NCBI GenBank assembly: GCA_965248925.1
Contig: CBDFLE010000006.1
Coordinates: forward strand, 896,001-960,000
Length of the DNA: 64,000 bases
Origin: Candidatus Multivoradales bacterium
GTDB taxonomy: Bacteria > Acidobacteriota > Thermoanaerobaculia > Multivoradales > J023
Direction of reading: 5' to 3'
In this document: positions 49,411 to 59,166 of the stretch, piece after piece
How the letters are laid out: the number at the start of each line of letters is the position of its first letter
Position numbering within the stretch: the first letter of the stretch is position 1
Made by a program: the position numbers and the translations under genes
The notes under the pieces: model-generated
What the model was told of the DNA's origin: nothing
The model's input: the letters and a program-made list of their open reading frames with translations, nothing else
Databases searched by the model: none

Positions 49411-49427
49411 CGCCGATTCACACCATA

Positions 49428-50192
49428 TCAGATTTCTCCTGCTTCGATCGATGCTTCTAACAGATCGACTTCCGCAGCTGCCACGGTGTGATGAAAAGGC
49501 TCAGTGCAAACCGCGTTGCTTTCTGAGGTTTCAGCGTCTGGCGGTGATGACTTCGACTTCCTCGGCAGCAGATCTCTGAGAGCCTTGGGCAGCTCTCTGT
49601 ACTCCGCTGCCATCGGCTTCACCATGCTAGCTGTAATCTTCACTTTATCCTCCAGAACACTGGTGACAAATCCGCGTTCTAGGGCCTCTTCCGAGTCCAT
49701 CCAAGTGGTTTCGGCCATCAACGAGACAATCTCTTCCTCACTGAGTTTCGAGTGTCTTCTGTAGGCACGGGCGAGATTCTTTGCCATCGAGTCCATGAGG
49801 TCAGCCATCTTGCGGAGTTCTCCGGACTCCGCACCAAAGAGGTTCACCCAGGGGTTGTGGATCATCACATACCCGTTTGAGACGATCTCGATCGTGTCTC
49901 CGGCCATGCAAATTGAGGAACCTGCCGAGGCGGCAATGCCTTCGATGCGCACGTTGACTTTCGCAGGATGAAGGAGCAAGCTGTTGTAGATTGCAAACGC
50001 TTCGAAGACATCACCCCCTGGGCAGTTCACATTCAGCTGGATCGAGTCGATAGCCCCAGCGTTCTTGAGCTGGCGCCGGAAGTCCCTGGCGGTGACGCCA
50101 AAGAAACCTCCAACGTAATCATATAGATCAATCGACAAGGATCTGTTGCCGCCCTTGGCGGCGGCCTGAACAGGTTGAAACTTGATTGGCAC
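49428..50192 (-). CDS. ClpP-type prohead protease
   Basis: NCPGGDVFE, GIAASAGS, MIHNPW and ETTWMDSEEALERGF motifs. Confidence 0.92.
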   Translation of the reverse strand: MPIKFQPVQAAAKGGNRSLSIDLYDYVGGFFGVTARDFRRQLKNAGAIDSIQLNVNCPGGDVFEAFAIYNSLLLHPAKVNVRIEGIAASAGSSICMAGDTIEIVSNGYVMIHNPWVNLFGAESGELRKMADLMDSMAKNLARAYRRHSKLSEEEIVSLMAETTWMDSEEALERGFVTSVLEDKVKITASMVKPMAAEYRELPKALRDLLPRKSKSSPPDAETSESNAVCTEPFHHTVAAAEVDLLEASIEAGEI

Positions 50193-51946
50193 TAGTTCTC
50201 CTTCCTGACATGGGGCAGCAGTGATCTCACCACTGCCTCGAACATGGGTTCTGTTGCGATCATTGGAGGTGCCCAGGCGGCGACGGCGGCGATCACCTTC
50301 TCTCGGCTATCTACTGCGTCTCCTCCAATGAGAGACCCTACCTCACCACCTTTGGCTTTCAGGCCGAGCGGAAGATGCTCCACTAGACCGTCCACGCCAT
50401 CAACCGCGACGGGCAGAGAGAGCATTCGCGCGCTCGATCCCAAGGCCGCGCGAAGCAACGGACGGTAGATAGCCAGGGCAAACGACTGGTGCCGGCTTAC
50501 CGACTCGACCATTTCGGCTTGGAAGCCCTCTTTATTCTCAGGTAGGTAGCGGCGCGCTGCCTTAGCCACCCGGCCAGAGATCGATTTCGACACACGTTCA
50601 CCGGCAACCTCTAGCGCGGGCTCGAGGTCTTCGAAAGCGTCCATTGCGGCCTTGAGAGCGTCTTTTTTGGTCGGCGTTTTCTTTACCTTCTCTGCACCCT
50701 TCTCGTCGCCGCCCTGGCCGATGCCGAAATTCCTTCGAGGATACTGCGACGGGCTGTAGTCGTCGCCACCTTCTTCGGCAGGGATCAACGGCCAGTGTTC
50801 TGATCTGCGAACATCGTTTCTGGACATGGTGCCATTCTGCCGGTGGACGGCGTAGACGCGGGCTCGCTGCATGGGAGCCCCGCGCAACAAGGAATCGAGG
50901 TCGTGGCGAAAGTACATCTTGCGACGCTGCGGCCGAGTGAGCAACTTGCGAGTGTACTCCTCTTCTAATCTCGACACCCACGGGGGCAGCGTGATCGTAA
51001 CGAAATCGACAGCGCTGGCTTCCGCGTTTCCGTGAGTCTGGCCCTGTCGGGAGCGGAGGCGTAAGGGGTCGATGTTGAAACAACGAGCAACCTCCTCGAC
51101 CTGGAACGATCTAGTGTCGAGAAGCTGGGCGTCTTCGGGTTTGCCGCCGAGTTCGTGGAAGCTCGCGCCCTCCTCAAGAGTTCCTATTTGCCGACTATTG
51201 GCTGGGCCGATGGCTCCCGCGAACCGACTCACCAGACGCTGGTAGCTCTTATTGTTGATACCTTTGTGCAGATCGGTCAGCTGGATATATCCAGAAACCT
51301 GGCCGTTTAGGAAGAATGCCTTGCAAAACTCATCGACCGACAGCCCCATAACCACGGTGGCGTAGTGGTAGGTCAACGGCGAAACTCCCACCGATCCAGT
51401 CGGCGCCACCCAGGGAATGTGCAGCATCTCCTCCCGAAACAGCGGCTTGGTCTCTCCAGTGGTGTCCGGAGGGTCGACCATGTAGACCAGCTGACCGTCT
51501 CGGTGCCGGAGCGAGCCCGACTCACTGGCAAGGCGGCCCGGCCGGGTGCGTTCGCGCTCGACGAAGAACACGGCCCGAGGCTCACCATTGCGGGCAGGTA
51601 CAATCTCAGCGTAACCATTGCCACCCCGAGCAATAGACCGGACCAGGCAGTCGATGAAGACCGTCGCCGTGGAATCTGGGTTTGCCTCTGTGTTGAGCAG
51701 GTAGGTGGCCGGGTGGTTGAAAACCTCGGTTGATCCACCGGAGATTGTGCGCTCATACAGCCGAAGCGGAAGCGTTGAGATTGCTCCCGCGATAGAACCG
51801 ACCGCTGCCTGGTAGGCAGCAAGTGACATAGCAGAATCCTCGGTAACCTGCGGTGCCGACTGAGAGCCCATCGTGATGAACGGACCACTTGGATACTCGT
51901 CTCGGAATCCGAACCATTGAGAGATCTTACGCGCTATCCTCTTCAC
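50192..51946 (-). CDS. HK97-family portal protein with C-terminal extension
   Basis: IAGAISTLPL, GNGYAEI, GVSPL, DAQLLDTRSFQVEEVARCF and MSRNDVRRSE motifs. Confidence 0.93.
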   Translation of the reverse strand: MKRIARKISQWFGFRDEYPSGPFITMGSQSAPQVTEDSAMSLAAYQAAVGSIAGAISTLPLRLYERTISGGSTEVFNHPATYLLNTEANPDSTATVFIDCLVRSIARGGNGYAEIVPARNGEPRAVFFVERERTRPGRLASESGSLRHRDGQLVYMVDPPDTTGETKPLFREEMLHIPWVAPTGSVGVSPLTYHYATVVMGLSVDEFCKAFFLNGQVSGYIQLTDLHKGINNKSYQRLVSRFAGAIGPANSRQIGTLEEGASFHELGGKPEDAQLLDTRSFQVEEVARCFNIDPLRLRSRQGQTHGNAEASAVDFVTITLPPWVSRLEEEYTRKLLTRPQRRKMYFRHDLDSLLRGAPMQRARVYAVHRQNGTMSRNDVRRSEHWPLIPAEEGGDDYSPSQYPRRNFGIGQGGDEKGAEKVKKTPTKKDALKAAMDAFEDLEPALEVAGERVSKSISGRVAKAARRYLPENKEGFQAEMVESVSRHQSFALAIYRPLLRAALGSSARMLSLPVAVDGVDGLVEHLPLGLKAKGGEVGSLIGGDAVDSREKVIAAVAAWAPPMIATEPMFEAVVRSLLPHVRKEN

Positions 51947-53519
51947 TCGCTCTTCCTCCGATCGTTGCGACCAGCGGACCTCGCCGGGCGTAGACCGATT
52001 CTTTGACCTCTGGTTGCACCATCCATCGCGAGATCGCGATGATGAGAGCTACCGCTGAATCGATGTTTTCGACACTTCTGACCCTGTCCGGCATAACGTT
52101 GCCGCGCCCGTCCTCCCGGCAAATCACGTTGAGCGCGGCCCATCGCAGCATCGGGTGGCCACCGTGGGCAAGTAGCTTGCGCAGCACCATCTCTTCGAGT
52201 CGCTTGGTCGGCTCGCTCATTTCCTTGTACTGCTGCTGGACTTTGACCACCTTGACCCCTGCTGACTCCACACCTCGAGCAGCCTCCTCCCATTTGTAGG
52301 GATCGATCCCAATCTCGAGGATCTCGTACTTGTCGGCCAGCTCGATGACTTTGGCGAAAATCTGACTTCTGTCGATCGTCGCTCCTGGGCAGGTTTCGAG
52401 GTGACCTCCAGCGATCCAGGCGTCGAACGGCGTGCCGCTCTGCCGGATTCGCAGGGCCACTTCCTCCTCTGGCATCCAGTTCCAGGAAAGGGTTTGCAGA
52501 GGCGGCTCGCCTGGGCCGTCGGCCGGGAAGATAAGACACAGAGAGGAGGGGTCTCGATTTTGCGACAGATCCAAGCCGGCGAAACATGGCCGGCCCAGCA
52601 GGGCCTCTGGGTCTACTGTTAAATCTCCGGCATCCCACTGCCCAGCGCCCAGGAACCGCGCTTGAGGTTCCCCCCAGACATTGAGGTGCAGCTGGCGAAA
52701 ATTGCGTTCCCGTCGAGGGCTTGATCGAGCCTCGACTGCCAGCTCGCGCATGGCTTGGAGCGAGACGCTGTGGCCCAGCGATGGATTGGCGCGCCGCCAC
52801 ACCACCTCGTCGAAGCTGTCGTCTGTGGGTTCGGCGCCATAGAGCACTGCTAAGAACGAGTCGTCTTGGATCTGCCCCGCGGCGACCTTCTGGGCGTATT
52901 GATCGACCTCCCAGGCGATGCCGTCGCGACGGTCCCCAGCAGTCGTGAGGTACAAGTGCAGCGGCTGTTCGCGAGCCACGCCGGCACCGCGCAGCGCATT
53001 GTAGAGTCGGTCGTTTGGCTGAGCGTGCAGCTCGTCGAAAATCACCGCGCTGGCGTTGTAGCCGTGCGCCCGCTTCGCGTCGCTCGACAGCACTCGATAG
53101 ACCCCGTTGTTGCGAGGGCAGAGTATGGAGGTTGCCTGCACTTTGCAGAGCCGAGAGAGTGCGGGCGACTGCCTGATGATCTCCTGAGCGTCGCCGAAGA
53201 TGATCTTGGCCTGATCCCGACTTCCTGCAACCGAGTAGACTTCTGGCGCTGGTTCCCCATCGGCAGTCAACAGGTATAGCGCTAGCGCAGAGCCCATCAA
53301 GCTTTTGCCCTGTTTCTTCGGAATCCGCAGGTAGAGAGTCTTGTAGCGACGCCAGCCGTCCTCTCGCCGCCGCCAACCGAATAGCGGCCGGAATATCTGA
53401 GCTACTTGCCAAGGCAAGAGGTCGAACGGACGACCTGACCACGATCCCTTGACATGGGAAACGTAGTCCCGGCAGAAGCGCTCTGCCTTGCTGGCTGCTT
53501 CGTGGTCGAAGTAATGCAT
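51927..53519 (-). CDS. terL: Terminase large subunit
   Basis: LLPWQ, IPKKQGKS, IFDELH, TTAG, GLDLS and IDSAVA motifs. Confidence 0.95.
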   Translation of the reverse strand: MHYFDHEAASKAERFCRDYVSHVKGSWSGRPFDLLPWQVAQIFRPLFGWRRREDGWRRYKTLYLRIPKKQGKSLMGSALALYLLTADGEPAPEVYSVAGSRDQAKIIFGDAQEIIRQSPALSRLCKVQATSILCPRNNGVYRVLSSDAKRAHGYNASAVIFDELHAQPNDRLYNALRGAGVAREQPLHLYLTTAGDRRDGIAWEVDQYAQKVAAGQIQDDSFLAVLYGAEPTDDSFDEVVWRRANPSLGHSVSLQAMRELAVEARSSPRRERNFRQLHLNVWGEPQARFLGAGQWDAGDLTVDPEALLGRPCFAGLDLSQNRDPSSLCLIFPADGPGEPPLQTLSWNWMPEEEVALRIRQSGTPFDAWIAGGHLETCPGATIDRSQIFAKVIELADKYEILEIGIDPYKWEEAARGVESAGVKVVKVQQQYKEMSEPTKRLEEMVLRKLLAHGGHPMLRWAALNVICREDGRGNVMPDRVRSVENIDSAVALIIAISRWMVQPEVKESVYARRGPLVATIGGRASEEDSA

Positions 53520-53522
53520 GCA

Positions 53523-54005
53523 TTAGTTCACCGAATCCGGACGTCGCGTCGAGAACATCGCGGGGTCTCGGTCGGCAACAGACGGGGACTTTTGAGCTGG
53601 CGACAAACCAACCCGTGTGCTCGGTGACAAGCCAAGCTCTGCCCGACATTGCCGCACCCGACCCCATGCGGCGTTTCGAACCATGACCTTAGGGTTCCGT
53701 TTCGTCCCGTGCGCCCCACTAACCGTGACACCCTCCAATTTCACATCCTGCTCTAGGTCAACCGCCTCGATGTAGGCCGTGCAGAAATCAACCAAGACTG
53801 AGAAATCCACCACAGCAATGGATCCTGCTTTCACCAGCACTGGGACCACTGAATGCCAGACCGCCAGGTGATCCGCGGTGAAGAACTCGGGGGGTTCTGG
53901 GGCGCAAGACCTGCCAATGTCTGGCTCGGGAGGGATCGCCCGTTGACCGGGGTTTCCCTCGCGCTCCTTCTGCGCGGCAGACTTCGGTTTAGGCCCTCTT
54001 TTCAT
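53523..54005 (-). CDS. terS: Terminase small subunit, P27 family
   Basis: MKRGPKPK...GNPG, KRNP and ELGLSPSTR motifs. Start at ATG 54005. Confidence 0.9.
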   Translation of the reverse strand: MKRGPKPKSAAQKEREGNPGQRAIPPEPDIGRSCAPEPPEFFTADHLAVWHSVVPVLVKAGSIAVVDFSVLVDFCTAYIEAVDLEQDVKLEGVTVSGAHGTKRNPKVMVRNAAWGRVRQCRAELGLSPSTRVGLSPAQKSPSVADRDPAMFSTRRPDSVN

Positions 54006-54029
54006 GGTTCCTAGGCATCCTCTATCTTT

Positions 54030-54120
54030 TTTTGCTAAATTCGCAGCCGCACACAGTTGAGGGAGACGCGGTTTCCATAGCTGTTTGCCTATGGAATTCC
54101 GATGCATGCCCCCTATTGTC
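54030..54120 (-). other. Putative cos / packaging initiation region
   Basis: Non-coding gap between HNH and terS with a GGGGG run and the perfect inverted repeat TTCCATAG-N8-CTATGGAA (54073-54096). Confidence 0.5.
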
Positions 54121-54239
54121 GAGGTCTCTAGAACCTGCTTTGCGCGGATATGCCCCAGGGGCGCACATGGCGTAACAGCTCTCAGACCACCAGAACAGGC
54201 TCTGGGCACTCTGCGCGCATTGGCTCGCAAGTGGCGACA

Positions 54240-55070
54240 TCACTTAGAGCCTCTGCGCTGACCGCGCTTCGCGGTGGACGATTTCGCCGCCCTTGAACTC
54301 TTCTTGCGCGTAAACCACGGCGAGCCGTCACTCATCAACCTGTCGACGTGAGGAGCGCTGAATTCATCCGCGATGAGTCTCGCGCGGCACGCCTTTGCAG
54401 ATGCGGTGATCTTTGTGGTCTTTGACAGTTCAAGACGGCCTAGCGCTGCTCCGACCTGGCCCGGTGTCTTTGCCTGGGAAATTATCCAAACCTTTGGCGC
54501 CAAGCTCGGTCGAATGACAACCGACTCGATTAACGATGACCGTGCTGCCTGCACTGCTGGCAAAAGGCTGGCGACTTGCTCGAACTTTGGCAGACCGCTG
54601 ATCGCTGCCATGATTTCCTCGTCGTCGATTACCAAGTCGCCATCTGTTAGATGGTCTAGCACGTACTCCTCGCGGCCCGATCCCGGTGGGCCGCAAACCA
54701 ACTCAACCTCGACAGTCCTCGGCTTGTCTTCGACGGCTATGGAATCCTCTGCCGTCTTGCGGCTGTGGCAGCTCTTGCAGAGAGACTGTAGGTTGCTCTC
54801 ATCGTCACTACCACCACGCGACCTGGGCAGGATGTGATCCACCTCTGTCGCCTCAGCACGCTTGCCATCTTGCTGGCACTGACGACACAGCGGCTCTGCG
54901 TCAAGCTGGCGCTTGCGGATCGCTCGCCACGCCTTCGAGGTGTACCCACGCTTCGACGCGCCGGGGCGGCTTGCATTGTGATCCGCCTGGCACTGCTTGC
55001 ACCTCGTACCCTTGCGGATAGTGCGGTGGCACGCAGGCTCTGCGCACGGTCGAGGGAGTGCTCTGCCCAC
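54240..55070 (-). CDS. HK97 gp74-like HNH endonuclease fused to a P-loop-like domain
   Basis: RGY..WR, PLCRQC, VDHILP...NLQSLCKSCHSRKT, followed by VCGPPGSGR. Confidence 0.88.
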   Translation of the reverse strand: MGRALPRPCAEPACHRTIRKGTRCKQCQADHNASRPGASKRGYTSKAWRAIRKRQLDAEPLCRQCQQDGKRAEATEVDHILPRSRGGSDDESNLQSLCKSCHSRKTAEDSIAVEDKPRTVEVELVCGPPGSGREEYVLDHLTDGDLVIDDEEIMAAISGLPKFEQVASLLPAVQAARSSLIESVVIRPSLAPKVWIISQAKTPGQVGAALGRLELSKTTKITASAKACRARLIADEFSAPHVDRLMSDGSPWFTRKKSSRAAKSSTAKRGQRRGSK

Positions 55071-56419
55071 TACCTAGGACCTCCGCCAGTACGCTCGATG
55101 ACCTCGAGGTCCTTGGCCAGGTGAGCTGGGCTCGATGAGACCTCTAAGGGTCTGCTGTCTGGATCAGAGAGTGTGCCGTAGACCGTAGTAGCCTGCTGTG
55201 TTTCGAGCGAGCCATCTGGGTACGGCACCACGATCACCGCGCCGGTCCGGCCCTTGGACAGATCGAGACGTTGGAAGAGCGAGACGCCCTCGCGGAACGT
55301 CAGAGTTGGCAGGTGCAGCTGGAGCCTCTTCGCGAGCACGAGCGCACTACTGCCAAACTCCTGCTGGCCCTTGGTCCTGCCGCGGTCGCTCGGATCGACG
55401 ACAGAGACTAGAGGGCCAGCAGTATGGCCAGCCTTGGAGGGTGTGAAGGCCGGCGAAAGGTTTACTACCCCCACCTCGACATCGCCGCCGCGGCTGCGAC
55501 GCTGAAAGTCGATGCGCACATGGCGGGCGACAGGGGCATCGAGCGGAATGTGGTTGGCGTAAGCCTGGCCCCACATCGTTGGCGGCGGCACAGAGTCAGA
55601 CCAGAGCGGGTCGCCTGCGGAGAAAGGTACACCTATTAGCCCTGTGTCGTACTCGGTTGCGCCTGAATACGCCTCCCACCCAACTGCCGCTATAGTCAAA
55701 GACGCGCCCGACTTGCCAGAGCACTCGACGTGCAGCTCGAGGTCAGCTCCGGTCGGGTCGACTAAATCGCCTGCCGATAGATAGCCGGACACCAACAGCT
55801 TGTCCCCATCTTCGCCCTCGAACTCGCCGCGGGCTACCTCCTTTGCCGGTGGCCCTCCTGACTCGCCGACCAGCAATGCAACCTCAAGCGATGCTGCCGG
55901 GCCGCCTTGGCGCTGCACGAGCACATGGATCACCTGCAAGCCGTCGCCCCCCGTCAAGTGCGCGCCACCGAGTGGGGCAACATCGAACCGCACCACAGCG
56001 GCAGTCGAGTTGCCAGGCACGTCGACCGACCAGGCTAGAGCATCTGGGCTGTGGGGGTTATCGTCGATCTCGGCGATTCCACCGGTCATGTTTTGCTGAC
56101 TTACGATCACCGCGGGAGGCAGGAGAGCCGCGCCGCCTATCGGGAACTCTGAAGCACGGAAGCGCAGCTTGTCGTCGCCAGACAGGTTGTGCGCCACCAG
56201 ATTCATCATCCCGATCCTCAGCGACTCACCGAAGTCAAAACCAATCCAAAGATCGTCGGCACCGCCGGCCAATCGGATCGATTCACTCGGGTCTTCGCTT
56301 CGAAGGTTCTCTTGGCCGAAATCGCCGCCTGGAGTAGGTCCAGACGTGATGACGGTTTGGGGCAGTGTGCAGTAGTTCGGCGCAGCCCCAATATGTACTA
56401 GACGGTCGCCCACGATCAC
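55070..56419 (-). CDS. Putative minor tail / tail-tip protein
   Basis: Beta-rich; coupled (GTGA overlap, GGGAGG RBS) to the LamG tail gene; resembles the partner genes of such hub proteins as I recall them. Confidence 0.55.
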   Translation of the reverse strand: MIVGDRLVHIGAAPNYCTLPQTVITSGPTPGGDFGQENLRSEDPSESIRLAGGADDLWIGFDFGESLRIGMMNLVAHNLSGDDKLRFRASEFPIGGAALLPPAVIVSQQNMTGGIAEIDDNPHSPDALAWSVDVPGNSTAAVVRFDVAPLGGAHLTGGDGLQVIHVLVQRQGGPAASLEVALLVGESGGPPAKEVARGEFEGEDGDKLLVSGYLSAGDLVDPTGADLELHVECSGKSGASLTIAAVGWEAYSGATEYDTGLIGVPFSAGDPLWSDSVPPPTMWGQAYANHIPLDAPVARHVRIDFQRRSRGGDVEVGVVNLSPAFTPSKAGHTAGPLVSVVDPSDRGRTKGQQEFGSSALVLAKRLQLHLPTLTFREGVSLFQRLDLSKGRTGAVIVVPYPDGSLETQQATTVYGTLSDPDSRPLEVSSSPAHLAKDLEVIERTGGGPR

Positions 56420-58677
56420 TGGCCTCCCTGCTGATTTGTTGTCCGCCAAAGGGTGAGGGTCCTGGCAGCACCCTCTGAAGAGTCGCGAAGGCCAGTACCC
56501 AGCACGATAAAGCGCTCACCTGCTCCCAGTCCGAGACGCTGAACCATTCCTTGTCCAGATGCATCGCGCTCTAGCAAAGCAACCTCGATGGTGTCGAATC
56601 GCCGCACGTCGTGAGCGGCGCCTGTTACCGAGATGAGTAGACCTTGCGATGGCCCGCTGAATAGCTGAAGACGACGCTCCGCCTCCGCTTCAGCGTCTGC
56701 TCGCTGGACGTAGTGAGTTTCTAGCACCTGGATAGTCGCTGCCGAGCGGTACCGACTCCTAACCTCGTCGTCTTCTGCGGTGGCCCAGCGGTACTCACGA
56801 TCGAGGAAAAGCGCGTAGGGTGTCTCGCGCACGCTGCCAGCGATGCTGCTTTGACTCATCACAGTGTGGTTACGGCGAAAACCTAAACGCCAGCGCCACG
56901 CATGAGGGTCTGGCCTGAGAACCTCAACTGATCCAATATGCTGCTGGGTGAGCCGGCGAGATGCAGCTGGTGCTGGACCCTCGAAGCGTGCCACTGTGAG
57001 CAAGTTGTCATCCCACCAAGCCGATGCGCCGACTGTTTCGAGCACCTCGCGCACCAGATCAACTAGCGATAGCTCGTTGTCAGGAGGTGCCCAGAACTCC
57101 AGATCTCCGGGGGCGGCCGCGTCGAGTTGTTGCCATGCAGGCGCATCCAGCCTCGCCAACATGAGCGGTACATAGCCGCGAGTGGTGATCGCGTGCTGAA
57201 CTATTGATGATGCAGTGCGGCCAGCTTGAGGATATCCCTCCAAGTCACACGTCACCACGCCATCTGTGCCTGACCCGAGGCGGAAGTAGGAGCCGTCCGG
57301 TCCATCAATCGCTATGTCGTAGTGGCCAGGCAATGTAGAGCCCTGCAAAAACGATCGAATATCCAAATAGGCAACGCCAAGTGTGACATCGGCGCCATTG
57401 TCATTGACTCGTGGAATGCCCTCTATACCAGCCGCTGCCACGCAATAGGTCTGACTCTGTGGGTGGACCAGGTAGGGCGTCACATTGCGTGGTACTCCCC
57501 ACGGGTCAGGTACTGTCACTCCTTGGGAGTCAGCATCACCCTCAAGGCCAGCCAAATATTCGATGGCGCCAAACTCAGACCCGTTGTTGTCGTTGCCGCT
57601 GGAATCGGCAAGATCGCCGTCTAGAGTCCAGTACGCGGCCAGGTCGGCGTCTGAAACTTGGTGGGCAGTCAATGGGCGCTTACGCCATTTACGTACTTCT
57701 CCGTCAGTCCGCGCTCGACTCCAGCAACGGACTTGCTGCAAAAAACCATCGAAGAAAACCCCGAGCGACAGTACCCCGTCGCCAACCGGTACAACTCCCG
57801 GCCGCTCGAAAGAGTACTTGATGTCGGCCCCGGTCGAGGGGGTGTGAAGGTGCATGGTTACCGTCGTGCCCAAACAGGCAACAGCTACATGGTGCCAGCG
57901 CTTCAAATCGAGGGTGTCGAGAGAGACAACCGGGCCAGACCATCCCGATCGATCAAAGTTGATCTTGGCATCGGTACCTACAAACATCGCGAACGGCCAA
58001 CTGGTTGCCTGGCTACGCCAACTCAACAGATGACCAGTGGTCGCCAGATCTCCCGGCCATAGCCACATTTCGACCGTCAGGTCATCGACTATTTGCAACT
58101 TCGGCGGCTGGGTCAGGACTACGTGAGAGCCATGCGGCAGGTCGATGCAGTCGCCGCAGCCGCGGAAGGTGCGCGCGGCCAACCGGGAGTGAAAGTCGCG
58201 TCCACGATCGAAAATCGGCACTGTGACCGTGTCTGGCTGGAGCACGGGCTGGCCCATGCGAAAAGGCGAACCGTCAACCTCTCGGTATTCGTCCAGGGTC
58301 ATCTGATGCCCTGTCGTGGGTGTATAACCGCCCTGCCGAACAACGCACTTCCGACCCATAAAGTCGAGCGGGCCGGGCGCAAATAGACTATCTAAATCAC
58401 CGGCGTTGTTGCCCAGCACTAGAGATCCACGGTTGCGCGGATCCAGGAATCCGGCCACCGTACCGATCGGCACATCGCCACCGTCGTAGGTGATCTCGCT
58501 ATCAAGCAAAGCACTCCACCTGGTGTGTGCCGGGTAGTCATTGGCGCCGGTGGCGAAGGGCCAAATCGCGTACCGCAGCACTCGCTCTTCGGCAGCCTCT
58601 CGATCCCACGCGTAGAGGTCTACCAAGGTATTGGTCCTAGCGCCTCGGTCGGCAATATGATCGTCCCAAGCTGTCAT
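56416..58677 (-). CDS. Putative tail-tip/hub protein with inserted LamG (ConA-like) domain
   Basis: LTVEMWL, WHHVAV, FDGFLQQVRCWSRAR, AYWTLDG..DSSGNDNNG (LamG); GLEG..PWGVPRNVTP and AEAEAERRL motifs. ATG 58677. Confidence 0.7.
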   Translation of the reverse strand: MTAWDDHIADRGARTNTLVDLYAWDREAAEERVLRYAIWPFATGANDYPAHTRWSALLDSEITYDGGDVPIGTVAGFLDPRNRGSLVLGNNAGDLDSLFAPGPLDFMGRKCVVRQGGYTPTTGHQMTLDEYREVDGSPFRMGQPVLQPDTVTVPIFDRGRDFHSRLAARTFRGCGDCIDLPHGSHVVLTQPPKLQIVDDLTVEMWLWPGDLATTGHLLSWRSQATSWPFAMFVGTDAKINFDRSGWSGPVVSLDTLDLKRWHHVAVACLGTTVTMHLHTPSTGADIKYSFERPGVVPVGDGVLSLGVFFDGFLQQVRCWSRARTDGEVRKWRKRPLTAHQVSDADLAAYWTLDGDLADSSGNDNNGSEFGAIEYLAGLEGDADSQGVTVPDPWGVPRNVTPYLVHPQSQTYCVAAAGIEGIPRVNDNGADVTLGVAYLDIRSFLQGSTLPGHYDIAIDGPDGSYFRLGSGTDGVVTCDLEGYPQAGRTASSIVQHAITTRGYVPLMLARLDAPAWQQLDAAAPGDLEFWAPPDNELSLVDLVREVLETVGASAWWDDNLLTVARFEGPAPAASRRLTQQHIGSVEVLRPDPHAWRWRLGFRRNHTVMSQSSIAGSVRETPYALFLDREYRWATAEDDEVRSRYRSAATIQVLETHYVQRADAEAEAERRLQLFSGPSQGLLISVTGAAHDVRRFDTIEVALLERDASGQGMVQRLGLGAGERFIVLGTGLRDSSEGAARTLTLWRTTNQQGGQ

Positions 58678-59162
58678 GGTTTTTCCTGCGCGACTTCTAG
58701 CGCCGCCCCATCGTCGCCACGGAACAGGGCAGCGATGAGCCGCGCCGCCATACCGCTGCGGGCTTGAGTGGGCGTAACCCGGAGCACTCGCCACCCAAAA
58801 ACGAGCGCCAAGTTGTACTTGACCATGTCGGAGCGGAACCGCTCCCTTGTGCGATGAGCGCCACCCTCGATCTCGACGGCCAGGCGCCACGCCGACCACG
58901 CGAGGTCGAAGGAGAACCGCCGACCGAGGGACTCTGCAAACTTTGACTCGAGGATTGGAGCAGGCAGCTGCTCCCGTTCCAACTGGGACAGCAGCGCAGA
59001 TAGGGTTGCATCTACCTGCGCTTTGGTACGGTGGTACCGCGCCTGATTCTCGGCTTGCTGAAGGTCGTCACTGGGCTTGCGAGCCCGCGGCGACGTACCC
59101 ACAGCTCGGTCCGCAAGACCAGCCTCAGCGACCTGGGCGGAAGTCCATCCGTAGCTGCCCAT
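58674..59162 (-). CDS. DUF559/Vsr-like PD-(D/E)XK endonuclease
   Basis: RRFSFDLAW..LAVEIEGG..DMVKYN..GWRVLRVT motif. Confidence 0.85.
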   Translation of the reverse strand: MGSYGWTSAQVAEAGLADRAVGTSPRARKPSDDLQQAENQARYHRTKAQVDATLSALLSQLEREQLPAPILESKFAESLGRRFSFDLAWSAWRLAVEIEGGAHRTRERFRSDMVKYNLALVFGWRVLRVTPTQARSGMAARLIAALFRGDDGAALEVAQEKP

Positions 59163-59166
59163 CAGA

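Noticed and set aside
55070-58677. Diversity-generating retroelement target
   Set aside because: No reverse transcriptase and no adenine-variant TR/VR repeat pair seen in the window.
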